Assembly: GCA_030265395.1 (NCBI GenBank)
Contig: JARFYF010000022.1
Span: forward strand, 30,310,694 to 30,374,693
Reading direction: 5' to 3'
DNA from: Rhina ancylostomus
Lineage: Eukaryota
DNA length: 64,000 nt
Shown: positions 37,876 through 49,687 of the stretch, piece after piece
How positions within the stretch are numbered: position 1 is the stretch's first letter
How the letters are laid out: each line of letters starts with the position of its first letter
The notes under the pieces: model-generated
Database searches by the model: none
The model's input: the letters and a program-made list of their open reading frames with translations, nothing else
Told to the model about the DNA's origin: nothing
Made by a program: the position numbers and the translations under genes

Positions 37876-40800
37876 CAACTAAAATGATAGTAAAATTATC
37901 TCTTCCCCAAATATTTCATCACAATCAGTTTTTCATAATTTATATTTAAATCATACTAGGCTATTGATTTACTGACTACCTTGCTCAAAATCAGCTTGAA
38001 TGCAAAGATGTATGAAATCCACATGAAACTGAAAAATAGTTTTATTGCAGACTGAATTTGCTGAGTAGTAATCGAACAAAAAAGGGATATCATACCATTT
38101 AAGGCAGTAGGAATTGAATATAGGATGCTCATTTTTTCTCTCCCCTTCTATTTAGCTGCCTCTTTCCAAACCCCCACTGCCATCCATTTCTTTCTGCACA
38201 TGTCAACAGTAACATTACAGAATTTTCATTGTTTTAACTGATGAGGAAAAGACCGGGTCTGTTTTCCTCCTCATCCTATGTTTCACAGAGACTAAGCTGT
38301 TGTCCTCACAATTGCCTCCCAGCTNNNNNNNNNNCTGCTTAAGCCTGAGAAAACAACAGACACAGCTCTGTTGTCTGCAGAAAGCCCGCCTTGTTTTAAG
38401 TGACTTTATTGCAGGCACATGAGTGTGTTAAGACTTTAAACACGCTCAAATGTCATGTGCACACCCAGTGACGGACAAGTATAATTATCAAAAACAAGAA
38501 TTCAGTGTCTCCGAATTGGTGTCCGACAAAATGCTCCATTCATTGTGTTCCATGGGGAATACTCCAACTCTCCTGGCAGAAAACAAAAAGGCACTTTTTT
38601 GGACTGCTGAGGGCTGAAAGCTTTGCTTTGCCACCCGAGCCCTAAGAAAACATGGGCCTCAGTCTGACTACTGGCTGGCCATGCATAGCAGAAAGAAAGT
38701 ATTAATAACCCCCTTTCTCTGCGGTTCCTTCTGTGTAGGCTGTGGCCAACGTAAGTCAATGCAAAGACAAAACAGTTTGCTCAACACCAACAACAAGAAA
38801 CATGACCCAAGAACTTTTCCTTAAAAAAATGATCCAATTTGACACAGGGTGATATATTGAAAGAGAAGCACTTTTTTGCCATTCCCCGTGACACTCTATA
38901 CGCTAATTATACGTAACAAAAGCAAAATTTGTTTTAAAAAAGAGCAGTGAATTACTCTCTCTCTCCTTGCAATGAATGCATTAATAATTTATGAATTTGT
39001 TTAAGAGTACAGGCAGCATTACAATTCCAAAGCCATCCACTTAGCTTAATTTCCCAACCATCACTTTCAATGCTGAAGTTGTCTCTATTAAGCCAATTTC
39101 TGTGCATCATTAACTTTTAACTGAGTCTCGATAGCTTTGTTGTTTAAATTGCATGCAACTTTTTTTTAAAGTCAGCATTTCTTCTGGCTCTTGACAAGAA
39201 GTCAAATTTTATAACTAATTAAATTGATCCATCTGAGGGAAAAGCCACTAAACAGAATTATTCGTGCCCATGTGTCAATATATTAAATCAAAGGCTAATC
39301 AGTTGGGTCAGTGTTTCCTTTATCTGATGTCTATAAGAAAACAGAAAATGCCCTTTGTCCATTCTCTGCTGTTAATTCTTTTTCCATTCAGGCAGCTTCT
39401 GTACCTCTTTGCTGGTGCTGAGTAATTGTAGGTCAGAGCCCACACTGTGCTGTTGCACAGAGCTTACAGCTAACTCCAGAAATAGGCAGCTATTGATGCA
39501 TGTGATAGCCAATGTCATGCAGGAAAGGCCAGCTACTTGCATCAAGGCCAGCTCTAATTTGCTAGCCTAGTCCTTTGAGGCAATTCAGCCTCATATCCTG
39601 GCAAGAGGTGCTAAAAGGACAGGGTTATGTCCATTCAGAGGGAGTTGAGTCACTGATTTGACCACTGACAGCACATGGCAGTCAGAAATAAACAAGCAGA
39701 TTGACCCCCCCTCAAGTGTGAAGTACACAAAACTTCCATCCTAATCAATGGTGTCATTTCCTTGCTGTTCATTGGTCTAACATTGCCCTCAGTCAGCAGT
39801 ACATCCAAGCTCAGGTCAATGGTCTAGCCATATCATTAACCAGGCCTAATCCCACATACTTTACAACCATGGTGAGCTCACCATGTAATCTACCTGGGAA
39901 GCTACTCGATCATCATAGAGGACAGGGTGAGGGGGTGACATAGGTGAGCAGTGCTAAAAAAAAAATTAAAGATACATATTAATTGTTCTGTGGACTTTTT
40001 GACATGTTACATTAACTATTGTTAAGGGTGTAACAATGTGATGAGACTGGTTAAAAAGGGCTGTAGGAGGTCAGGAGTTATTCACTATTTGTACAGGGAA
40101 ATGAACTTGGTGGGTGTGGATGTAAAAGATGGGGTCTTTTTCCATGAAAACCCTGAAATGAAGAGGATTCGTCTGTATGAAGTAATGTACCTGGCTGTAA
40201 GACGGAGGATACAACAGCACTGAATGGGCTAAAGACCTTGTCAAATGGATTCCAGCTGAGGAAAAAAAAGTGATCTGAAACAGAAGTGATGGGAAGGTGT
40301 AAAGGCAAAAGTGCTTAGGAAAGTGGCAAATGGGTTAACAGCTGAAAAGGCTGGCAGGAGGCAAGAAAGAGAAGGTGAATTATTCCAGTTTACCAATTAA
40401 GATTGGCTATGAAAGGCTCAGCAATATATAGACAAACATAATAAAAACTTTTTACAAAAAAAATCAATCGTTGTTGCACTTTGGCAAATTCCTTTCTCCT
40501 AAAGTTGCTGTACCCCTTGAAAATGTATAAATGCTCATGAATGTTTGAAGTGAAGAAGTCCTGATCATTATTTTCTCCCAGGTTATTTAAATGTTATTGC
40601 AGTAATCTACTTACTGCCTGGCCCACATCTAAGCCAGCAGGCAGACATTATCAATTGGATAGTTTTAATTTGAAAGTGAAAAGCAAATCATGGGAGAAAG
40701 GGAAGGGATGTTTAATAAAAGCAGATTATTGTGCAACATCAGTTTGAACACCACAGGACTTATTCAAAGGTGCACACCCTTGAAGTTTTTTTTCCCCTTA

Positions 40801-41099
40801 AAATGTTCCCACTTCAACTTGGGATATCACAGAACATGGTGAGAGCAAAGTGTAAAACAGTAGTAGTTTTTTTAAAATAATATTTTAAGCTCATATTATT
40901 TTTGGAAATGAAACAAAAATGCTACTGCTGTCCTCAAAGGGATAAAGTAGTTCTGTAAGAGCAAGCTCCGGATTGTTGGTAGATCATAAACATCAGGAAA
41001 TGCATTGCTGGCTCCAGTACAGGGCTGGTATTTGTACCTGTCAAACACTTTTTTAGCTTTATCTAACATATTGCTTTAGGCCTATCACTCAATGATACA

Positions 41100-41378
41100 T
41101 GGTATTTCTCTCTGCCCCCCTCTCTCTAGCCCCTTCACTACCTCTGTTACAGCTTTAGTCATCTTTTTCATTCTCTTGCTTTCTCTTTGCCTTACAATCC
41201 ATCCCATCCCCTCTCTAGTTGCCTGCCTTCATCTAACTGCTGTTGCTCTAGTCCAGATGGGTCGACTATGAGTTCAGATGAAGGGTCTCAACCTGAAAAG
41301 TCAACTGTCCATTTCCCTTCATGGATGCTGCCTGACCTGCTCCAAATTCCAGCATCTTCAGTCCCTTGTGCTCTCTCT
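41100..41378 (+). mobile_element. Penelope-like terminal region containing a hammerhead-like core
   Basis: agttcagatgaagggtctcaacctgaaaagtcaactgtccatttcccttcatggatgctgcctgacctgct is the reverse complement of 5625-5705. Confidence 0.75.
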
Positions 41379-42871
41379 GTGTTCAATAATCATGTCTACT
41401 TTCACTGACTTATTTTTGTGGATAGATAGTAGCCTAACTTAGTACATCCCTGGTAACTTGCATCTTTTAAAACAAAAGTCAATGCTTGGCCTATTTAATG
41501 TCTCCCTTCCCTTAAAATGATGATTTCTTCTGGTATTTGTGTTTTAAGTGAGAATTTTTTATTCCAAATTAGGTCTTACTGTAGAAATGAGTTGTGTTTT
41601 CTATGATTTGGAGGTTAAAACCTTATCAAAACACTGTGTAAATACATCATTAGAAAGGTTTCTCTCCCAGATAATAAGATACTGAAATAATGAGAACAAA
41701 TTGAAAGCCTACCTCTTCTTTGATTTATTTCAGGAGATCAATGTATACATGAAATAAGCTGTAGAAATATTCAGAATTCAAAATATTCCAGCCACAGAAT
41801 GTGGCCTTCTTCAAACAGTTGGTGTTTCCCATTAAAATAATGGAAAGAGGCAGCATAAGTTCACTTTAATCCCCCATTTCTGAATATGCTACTTTCTTTG
41901 TTATAAAGCCAGGTACTCTCAATTTCTCTCCCCACAAATGCTTTCCTCCAATTCAATAGGCAATCACATAGGTTAACTGAATCTCTTTGGTATTGGATTT
42001 CAGTAAACCTATATACTAGCACTTCAAGACACCTAATGAAATAAAGACTCACATCTTCATTATGCAAAAAAAAGGCTGGAGAAAAAAAATCAGGCTTAAG
42101 TACATTGACTACTTCTTTAATAGACAGCAATAATAGACTGAGGTGTTCATCAAAATGCACTCCAAACAAAGTAAAATATGTTATACATTACCAATATTTT
42201 AAACTGGAAACTATTCCAAAAGCATATCAATTTACATATTACTTCTTTCATTTATCTCTGCTCTCTAGTAGCCACCTCAATGCCACCTCTACTGTCTTCA
42301 CTCTCTGCTTCAGATGGTAATTGGTGAACTGCTGCAACTGACCAAGAGAAAGTGCTCTTTTACAGACAGGCACTTTGCCTCCAGTAAATCACAAAAGCCT
42401 CCTTGCGATATTTCATGTGCCTACAACCTTGCCGTGTGATATTGATGTAAAATAGTGAATGGGGAAATCTTCTCTCATGATGGATATTTAAAACCAAATA
42501 TACTTGTAAATCTAAACACTGCAACAACCAACAAATATATGGATCACTGTTTTGTTTAATTTTATTTCAAGTTAATGTTTTAAACAATTATTAATGACAC
42601 TGACAACCAAAACACAGGAGCCCAGTATTTCATTAGATGTACAAAGGGGAAAATAAGAGTATCCAGCCATTTGGGGCTGGACAATAGAATAAAAAATGCA
42701 TAAAAGGAAAATGAGATTTTCAACAGAAAAGCTAAATATTGCAAAATTCCATACAAGAAATTTTCTGTAGCAAGAAATGCTCTAAGGTTCAGTGCACTTT
42801 CTGTAATTCAATAAATATTGTTTTTCCAAATCTCTGCTATCAGAGGAAGTCCAAGTGTATAGGCGCCTGAT

Positions 42872-43090
42872 ATAAAAACAAATAATGTGATCTACTCAGC
42901 AGGTCTAGTAGCTTATCACATACAGTATCTGTGAAAAGAGAAACAGATTTTTAGGTCAGAAGACTTTTCATCAGACCTTTCAACCTGAAATGGTAACTCT
43001 ACTTCTCCTTCTACAGATGCTGCCTGACCTGCTGAGTGTTCCAGCATTTTCTGGTTTTATTTCAGACTTCCAGCATCTGCTTTTATTTTT
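42872..43090. mobile_element. Penelope-derived fold-back element
   Basis: The left arm actcagcaggtc..atctgtgaaaagagaa is inverted as ttctccttctacagat..gacctgctgagt. Confidence 0.8.
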
Positions 43091-43924
43091 GGATTTGCAC
43101 AGGCTCCTGCAAAGGTCTGCTTACACGTTTTTGGATTAATTTCTGTAAAGAATTTCTCTCACTCTGAGCTTACCTCCCCAGTGCTGGCAGCTGGTCTCTG
43201 ATCAATGACATTCTGCAAAACTGTTGGGTGGCTAAGGATTTGGGTTTTTTTTTTGTGTGTGTGGATTTGTATTTGATTAGCTCAGTATTAATTTCCTCCC
43301 CTCACCTTCCACCTCCCTGTTCCTACCCTTGGTTTCCTTCCCTCCCACCCACTCCCAACCCTGTCTCAGATATTCATATCCTAGATTGAGAAGGGTGATT
43401 TTATTTTAATTTGTAAACTCATAAATTGTCTGCAACAAACATTATTGGCTAAGATTCTTTCACCATCCACCAAAAAAAAAGCTTTTCTAAATCCTTTTCA
43501 TGAAGGCAGATTCCCTTTAAACCATGAGTCAACAGGTAAAGGTCAGGTTCTCAGCCCTGTTCAGAAGCTTCTCAAAGGCATTGTTATAAGGAACAAAATG
43601 TTTCTCATGGGTTCCATATAAGTCAAGGATTTAATTTGATTCTGAATCTACCTTAACTTTATTTGGCACAATACGAATCAGTTGTATTTGAGAGAATTCA
43701 GTAAGGTTTCAGCATGTTTATTACAAAATAATTATTAAGTAAAAGAATTAGAATTTTAAACTAAGAATATATAGCATGAGCCTGAATGCCAATATATAGA
43801 TATTACTGAAATGGACATTAGTGAGTAGACAATAAGTTAGTCTGATGATTCTGTCTTTTGAGTTTTAATGGACATGATAATCTAGTTGTTTGAAATGCCT
43901 CCAGTGATAAGCAGGTGTTATATG

Positions 43925-44200
43925 GACTAATGCTGATCTTCTACCTCACCACCACTTTTCTGTCCTCACCCCATATCCCTTGGTTCCTCTAGTTTCCAAA
44001 ACATCTAACAATCTCTGTATTGAATTCAGTTAGCAACAAAGTCTCCACAGTCTTTTTGGTTGGAGAATTCCATAGATTAACTGAGTGTCAATATTTGTTT
44101 TACTTCTTTTGCTATTTCTTCTTCCGTGATATAATTTCTTTTCTTTCGATCTATAAGGGACCCACATTAACTTGTGCTAATCCTTTCCTTTTTACATTGT
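43925..44200 (-). mobile_element. CR1 fragments (3' end plus an internal ORF2 piece)
   Basis: gctgatcttctacctca..ccccatatcccttg..ctccacagtc..agaattccatagatt, then ctataagggacccacatt..ctaatcctttcctttttaca. Confidence 0.65.
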
Positions 44201-44760
44201 AATGTAGTTCTCAATGCCCTATGATACATGTGAACTACAGGCACTGGTCATTGATGAGACAGCCTGCCACTTGCAAAAATAATTATTAGATATCCTTGAT
44301 TTAATAGACCAATGGGAAGTTAAGTCTACATATTGCTGGATTTGGTTGCTAAATTGAACCATCAAAGCCTTTTCCTCCTTGTGGAATATGGCTTTGCAGA
44401 TTAAGTGTAGTGGCCCTCTGTGTTGGAACACTCCTTGAAAACAGCTGCTAATCCACATCAACCAATTAGCCCTTCAGCATCACCTTCTCAATAACGCTTC
44501 CTCCAGATCTGGAGTTTTTAAATAGCTGGAGTTTCGGCTGCTTTGTTGGGCTTCGAAATTGCACACACATGAGAGAAATTAAGCTCTCATTTAGCAGACA
44601 CATGCCTGTCAAGTACAGAGGAACAAAGGCTTGTCCCAGGGGACTACTCAGAGCTGCAGCAAGGCTGCCAGTCAGATTATTAGCAAACGTACCCTTTACA
44701 TTCCCTTTATAAAACCCAATAAATCATTTCATCTGTTCTCTTCCTGGTTTGTAAATGTAG

Positions 44761-44763
<3 letters not shown>

Positions 44764-44810
<47 letters not shown>

Positions 44811-44821
44811 TGTGTGTGTGT
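44764..44821. repeat. (GT)n microsatellite, about 29 units with one interruption
   Basis: Directly visible in the sequence. Confidence 0.98.
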
Positions 44822-46339
44822 TTAAGTTGGAGTGAGAGGATATACAATCAGACTTGCTAATTCAGCAATAACTTAAAGTAATATCTGGCTCTGGCTGCTA
44901 TGTATTTCTATTTTCTTGTCAGAAGCTGCAGAGAGTAAGAAAAGAGGACTCCTTTTCCCTGCATTAACAGCTGGAATCCTTACGACAAGGGGAGATGGAA
45001 TGAAAAGAAGCTGGTGCTGCACTGTGCTGCCACTGCACAGCAGGCAGAAGAGAAGCAGGTCTGGGTTTGATAAGTAAAACCAGATCTGCACAAGGAATCT
45101 GTGTTCAAGCCCTTACAATTAACAGAGAACATAGAACAGCCCAAGTGCTCAGCAGAGGAGCACTACTACCAGTTTCACATCTTGTTATATTAAAATCAAC
45201 GGCACAGGGATAGAGAATAAAGCCCTCCTGTGCACACATGAATGCCACCCATTTCCCTGTCTTTTTATATAATATAGGATCACTCAGCAAAGTCACACCA
45301 GTAGTCAGAGGGCCTCTTCCTCCCTCTAGAGTGTTAAATTAAACAAAAGTTAATGGACAGAATAAATAGCACGGGCACTGAATGGAAAACATTAACTACT
45401 TTGAGACACTGAACCACAGATCCATTGAGCAAGTGGAATACACAAGTGATCCTGGGGTGCTGATTTAATTTTATATTACTACTACTGTTTCAAAGTCATT
45501 TATTTTATTTGCAATGTTTACATCTCCCTCCCTCCCAACCCATTTTCCTATAATGCATATAACCTTGTTTTATTCATATGAACTTTTTCTAAGGTATGGG
45601 CATGCATGTGCTCTGTTATTGATACAGCTTCACTAGTGTGGTCCTCCACTATTGCCAGAGCCACTAGAGCAATTGTCAATCAAAATTAATCAGGCAAAAG
45701 TTTAAATAACTGTCTGAATAAATCAATGCTTCCAGACACAAACTGGTGTTGGAATTTAAAATATCTTTATTTTTGTTGTTTTCTTTTAATATGTTGTGGC
45801 CTTTTAAGACCAAAATAGAACAGATAGCAAAGGTTGTGGTTGTAATGTTATTTACTCACAGGTGGTTTCCAAAAGAAAAATAATCATTCCAACTAGCTGA
45901 TCACAAATCCTCCACTCTAATCTGTTCAAGTGTCTGAGATTTTTAATCCATTTCAGTCTCTCTGGGAGTCCGCAATGACTGACTATTGCAGTGCTCATTG
46001 CTCCAGTCTCTCTGGGCATCTGTGATCCCTTTCTATTCTACTTTCTGTGGGTCTCTATGATTTTCCTCTCATTGGATTCATTTGATTTGCAGTAAAGTCT
46101 CTCTACTTTTATCTCTTCCCTGCACATATTAAGGATTTTGCTCTTTTCTCTCACTTTTATATTACTGAACTTGGATTCTACTTAGATTGGGAAAAACATG
46201 TTTGACCAGAGCAGGCAGATTTCTATACTTTTCTGTTGTTAAAGCTGAACTACACACCTTTACAATAAAGAATTAAGGACAAGGAACTAACACCAGAATC
46301 AAATCAAAGTGGAAACTGATCATTCTGCTTTTCATTTCC

Positions 46340-47365
46340 ACATGGGGTTAGGGGTAATTTATTAGCACAGACAGAGGATTGGTTAAATAAGAAAAACTGT
46401 GCAGTGGAAATACACAGGGCATTTACAGGAGAGCAGGCTGTTACCAGTGGAGTGTTGCAGGATCAGTACTGGATCATCATTATTTACAAACTAAATTAAT
46501 GACTTAAATGAAAAAGAGAGTGTGTAACATAACCAAGCTTAATGATGATACAAAATCAGTTGGGGAAAGGTGCAAAGGTTTAAATGAGTGAGCAAAGAGG
46601 AGGTGGATAGAATATAATGTGAGAAAACACAAGATTATTTACTTTGTTAGAAGAATAGAGAAACAAAATATCTTAAATAGGGAGAAAACCATTAATATTG
46701 GTGTGCAGTGAAATCCAGAATGCTTGTTCAAGAATCACATAAAGCTAACGTGTGGGTAGCACAAACAATTAGAAAGGCAAACTTAAAGGCGATTTAAGTT
46801 TGAGTAAGGAAGTTTGCTGTTATTTTACATGACTTTGATGAAATTGCATCTGGAACACTTGTCCCTCCTTAAGTACAGAGACCAAAACTGCACATGTGTA
46901 CCTTGGAGGTGAATCAAATTTACAAGATTGATTGCTGGAATGACAGGGTTATCTTATAAGGACAGTCTGAGTAAGGTTGACCTATACTTAGAGATGAGAA
47001 GAACAAGAGGCAATCTCAGTGAAACTGAGAATTCTGAGACAGATTGATAGTATAAACACCAAGAAGCTGTTTCCCGTGGCTAGAGTTTAGAGATAGGGAT
47101 GTAAACTCTGGACAAGGAGTCAGCTGTATGGGACTGAAGCAAGGAGAAATATCTTTCCTCAGGGCATCGTGAAATTTTGCAATTCTCTATCACATTGTGC
47201 TAAGGATATTCAGTCACTGAAGGCTGAGATCAGTGGAGTTTTGGAGATTAAGGAAATCAATGGGCACGAGGTTTGAATGGGGAGGTAATTTTGCAGATGC
47301 TCAGTCATGATATTGAATGGTGGAGCAAGTTTGAGGAGCTGTATGGCCTATTCCTGTTTCCATTT
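46340..47365 (+). mobile_element. About 1-kb decayed CR1 LINE (RT domain to 3' tail)
   Basis: HGVRGNLLAQTEDWL; VTSGVLQ-GSVL; INDL; KLNDDTK (KFADDTK); RRTRGNL; tail tggcctattcctgtttcc. Multiple frameshifts. Confidence 0.9.
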
Positions 47366-48810
47366 CTTGTTCTTCTTTTGAAAAGCATTTTTTCTGAATA
47401 AATTTTAAGAAGGAAAATAATGTGTCATTTAATGATAAACAGTGAGCACTCAGTGAAGCTGAGTTGAAATCAAAGCTGTTCTGTAAGGATCTCAATAACT
47501 AATTGTGAGGAAGAAAATAAAATAAAATGTTCTCATGAGGTGCACAGATGCTATCCCAGCCTACCAACCATCTACAAAGTCCTCTCAACTCTTCCTGACC
47601 GCAGACTTGTCAAATCCACTAAGAGAGGCGGAATTAAGGTCGATTAATGTCAAATCAAATGTTTGGGTGATATTAAAGGCCCTTTAGTTCTTAATTTTTT
47701 TCAGCAAATTTTCATCACCAGCATGGGAAACATCTGGTGAGAAATTCATCATTGTTTGCTAATACTATGAGTAAACTGGTCACTGATTGCCCTGATTTCC
47801 ACATGTTCCATATGTTCATTCTTCAATGAGTGGAACCATTGGCCAATGTTCCTTCACACTTTTAGTGCCTGAGATCAAAGACAATTTCTCTCCTCCTCCC
47901 AGTTCCCTTGGACTAACCACCACCTTCCACCCCCCCCCCAAAAAAAACGCTAAGCCACGATCTCAAACCTTTGTCCATATCAGCATAGCTTCAGTTTCAC
48001 ACTTGGAAAAAAATGCAGCTAATCTGGCTGTGTAGGAATTAGAGGAAAACACAGAAATGTGGAACCAACATAAAAATATGGAGCAATCCTGGATCAGTAC
48101 CCTGAAACAAAAACATTAAGAAAGTTTCTCACTTCTAGGCTCTTCCCAGATAATCTGCATGTCATGGAACATCAGCAATCCACTTAAGGGATTGCTGCCC
48201 CATGCAAAAATTTCAGGCTCTCAATTATGCACCAAGTTCTATTATTAACTGAGAGAATGGGGAAAGATTTGTGTCTTGAATTATGACAGATAATGGGGAT
48301 TTCATCTATCATTCAATTCAAAATTCCAGTTTTCAAATCATCTTTCAACATACTTGCCACAAGGATGTTTTACTCNNNNNNNNNNNNNNNNNNNNNNNNN
48401 NNNNNNNNNNNNNNNNNNNNNNNNNNNNNNNNNNNNNNNNNNNNNNNNNNNNNNNNNNNNNNNNNNNNNNNNNNNTTTTACTCATTAGGAGATCAAGTAC
48501 ATCAATAAGAAGCTTCCATTATTGTGCAGCTTCCTGTACATTTCACTTCTGATGTTGACAACAATCCAATTTCTTCAATGCAGAGTTCACTGAAGTTCAA
48601 GATTTTCTGGATGAATTCACATAACAACATTTCTATTTGGTGCAGAGTTGCTTTACCTTAGCAGTTTTCTGATCAAGATTATAGGCAAGACAAAATAACA
48701 CATTCTTGTTTAACAGGTACGTTAAAGTTCCCTCCCACCCAATGTAAATCAGCTGAGGGACTGGAGAACTGGGGACAATTAAACCATTCCAATTGTGCAT
48801 ATGATGTCAA

Positions 48811-48890
48811 ATTAGAAGTGACCAGGACACTCACCGGGCCTTTCTATAAAGAGATAGAAAGGCCCTGTGATTGTCCTGGTCACTTCTAAT
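48811..48890. repeat. Near-perfect inverted repeat: 37-bp arms, 2 mismatches, 6-nt loop
   Basis: attagaagtgaccaggacactcaccgggcctttctat-aaagag-atagaaaggccctgtgattgtcctggtcacttctaat. Confidence 0.95.
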
Positions 48891-48959
48891 GTGCTGATAA
48901 TGTTATTGCGGCCAGACTACCATTTTAACTTGAAATGTGAGGGAGGGGAACAGTTTCTT

Positions 48960-49341
48960 TCATTCATTAGTTTGTCAGAAATGATGTTACTGGGAAGGCT
49001 AGCATTTATTGTCCACTCTAAATGAAATGTGTGGTTTGCTCGGCCATTTCATAGACAATTAAGAGCCAATCAGAGTGGTGGATCTGGAATCGTAAGTATG
49101 TCAGATTTTCTTCCCTGGAGGTCATTAGTGAACCAGATGGCATTTTACAACAATCTGATAGTTCAATGTCACCATTACTTAAACTAGTTTTTCATTCCAA
49201 ACTTAATTAATTATGCAATTTCTTTTAAAATTGAATTTAAATTCCCCAGCTGCTGTGGTAGAATTCCAACTCACAGCTCTCCATCTATAATCTAGGCCAC
49301 TGGATATACTCCAGTAACATAGCCACTACACTATAGTACCC
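48960..49341 (-). mobile_element. Full-length tRNA-derived shark-type SINE
   Basis: Minus-strand head gtgtagtggctatgttactgga..atccag..gagttggaattctaccacagcagctgggaatttaaattc-like, body ccatctggttcactaatg and tail aataaatgctagcctt. Confidence 0.75.
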
Positions 49342-49390
49342 TTATTTCCTTGCCAGACCAAATCTTCCACGAATGCATCAAGGGGCCACG

Positions 49391-49687
49391 GCAGGCATGG
49401 TAGTGTAGCAGTTAGCATAATGCTATTACAGCACTGGTGACCTGGGTTCAATTCTGGCTGCTGTCTGTAAAGAGTTTGTAGGTTCTCCCCGTATGTCTGC
49501 ATGGGTTTCTTCTGGGTGCTCTGGTTTCCTCCCACATTCTAAAGACATACACGTTAGGAAGTTGTGGGCATGCTATGCTGGCACTGGAAGCGTAGCGACA
49601 CTCACGGGCTGCCCACAGAACACTTTACGCAAAAGGTGCATTTCACTATGTGTTTCGATGTACATGTGACTAATAAAGATATCTTAA
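49391..49687 (+). mobile_element. Young V-SINE, full length
   Basis: A and B boxes, core ggtttcctcccacattctaaagac and tail gtacatgtgactaataaagatatctta. Similar to the 24312 and 63561 copies. Confidence 0.92.

Noticed and set aside
40020-40460. Possible solo LTR (tatata and aataaa near the end)
   Set aside because: No defined TG..CA ends, TSD or second copy could be established.
47703-47760. Imperfect hairpin (tcaccag/ctggtga)
   Set aside because: Too short and bulged for a miRNA precursor.
49391-49465. tRNA genes at SINE heads (also 24312 and 63561)
   Set aside because: A and B boxes are present, but there is no cloverleaf and SINE core and tail follow.
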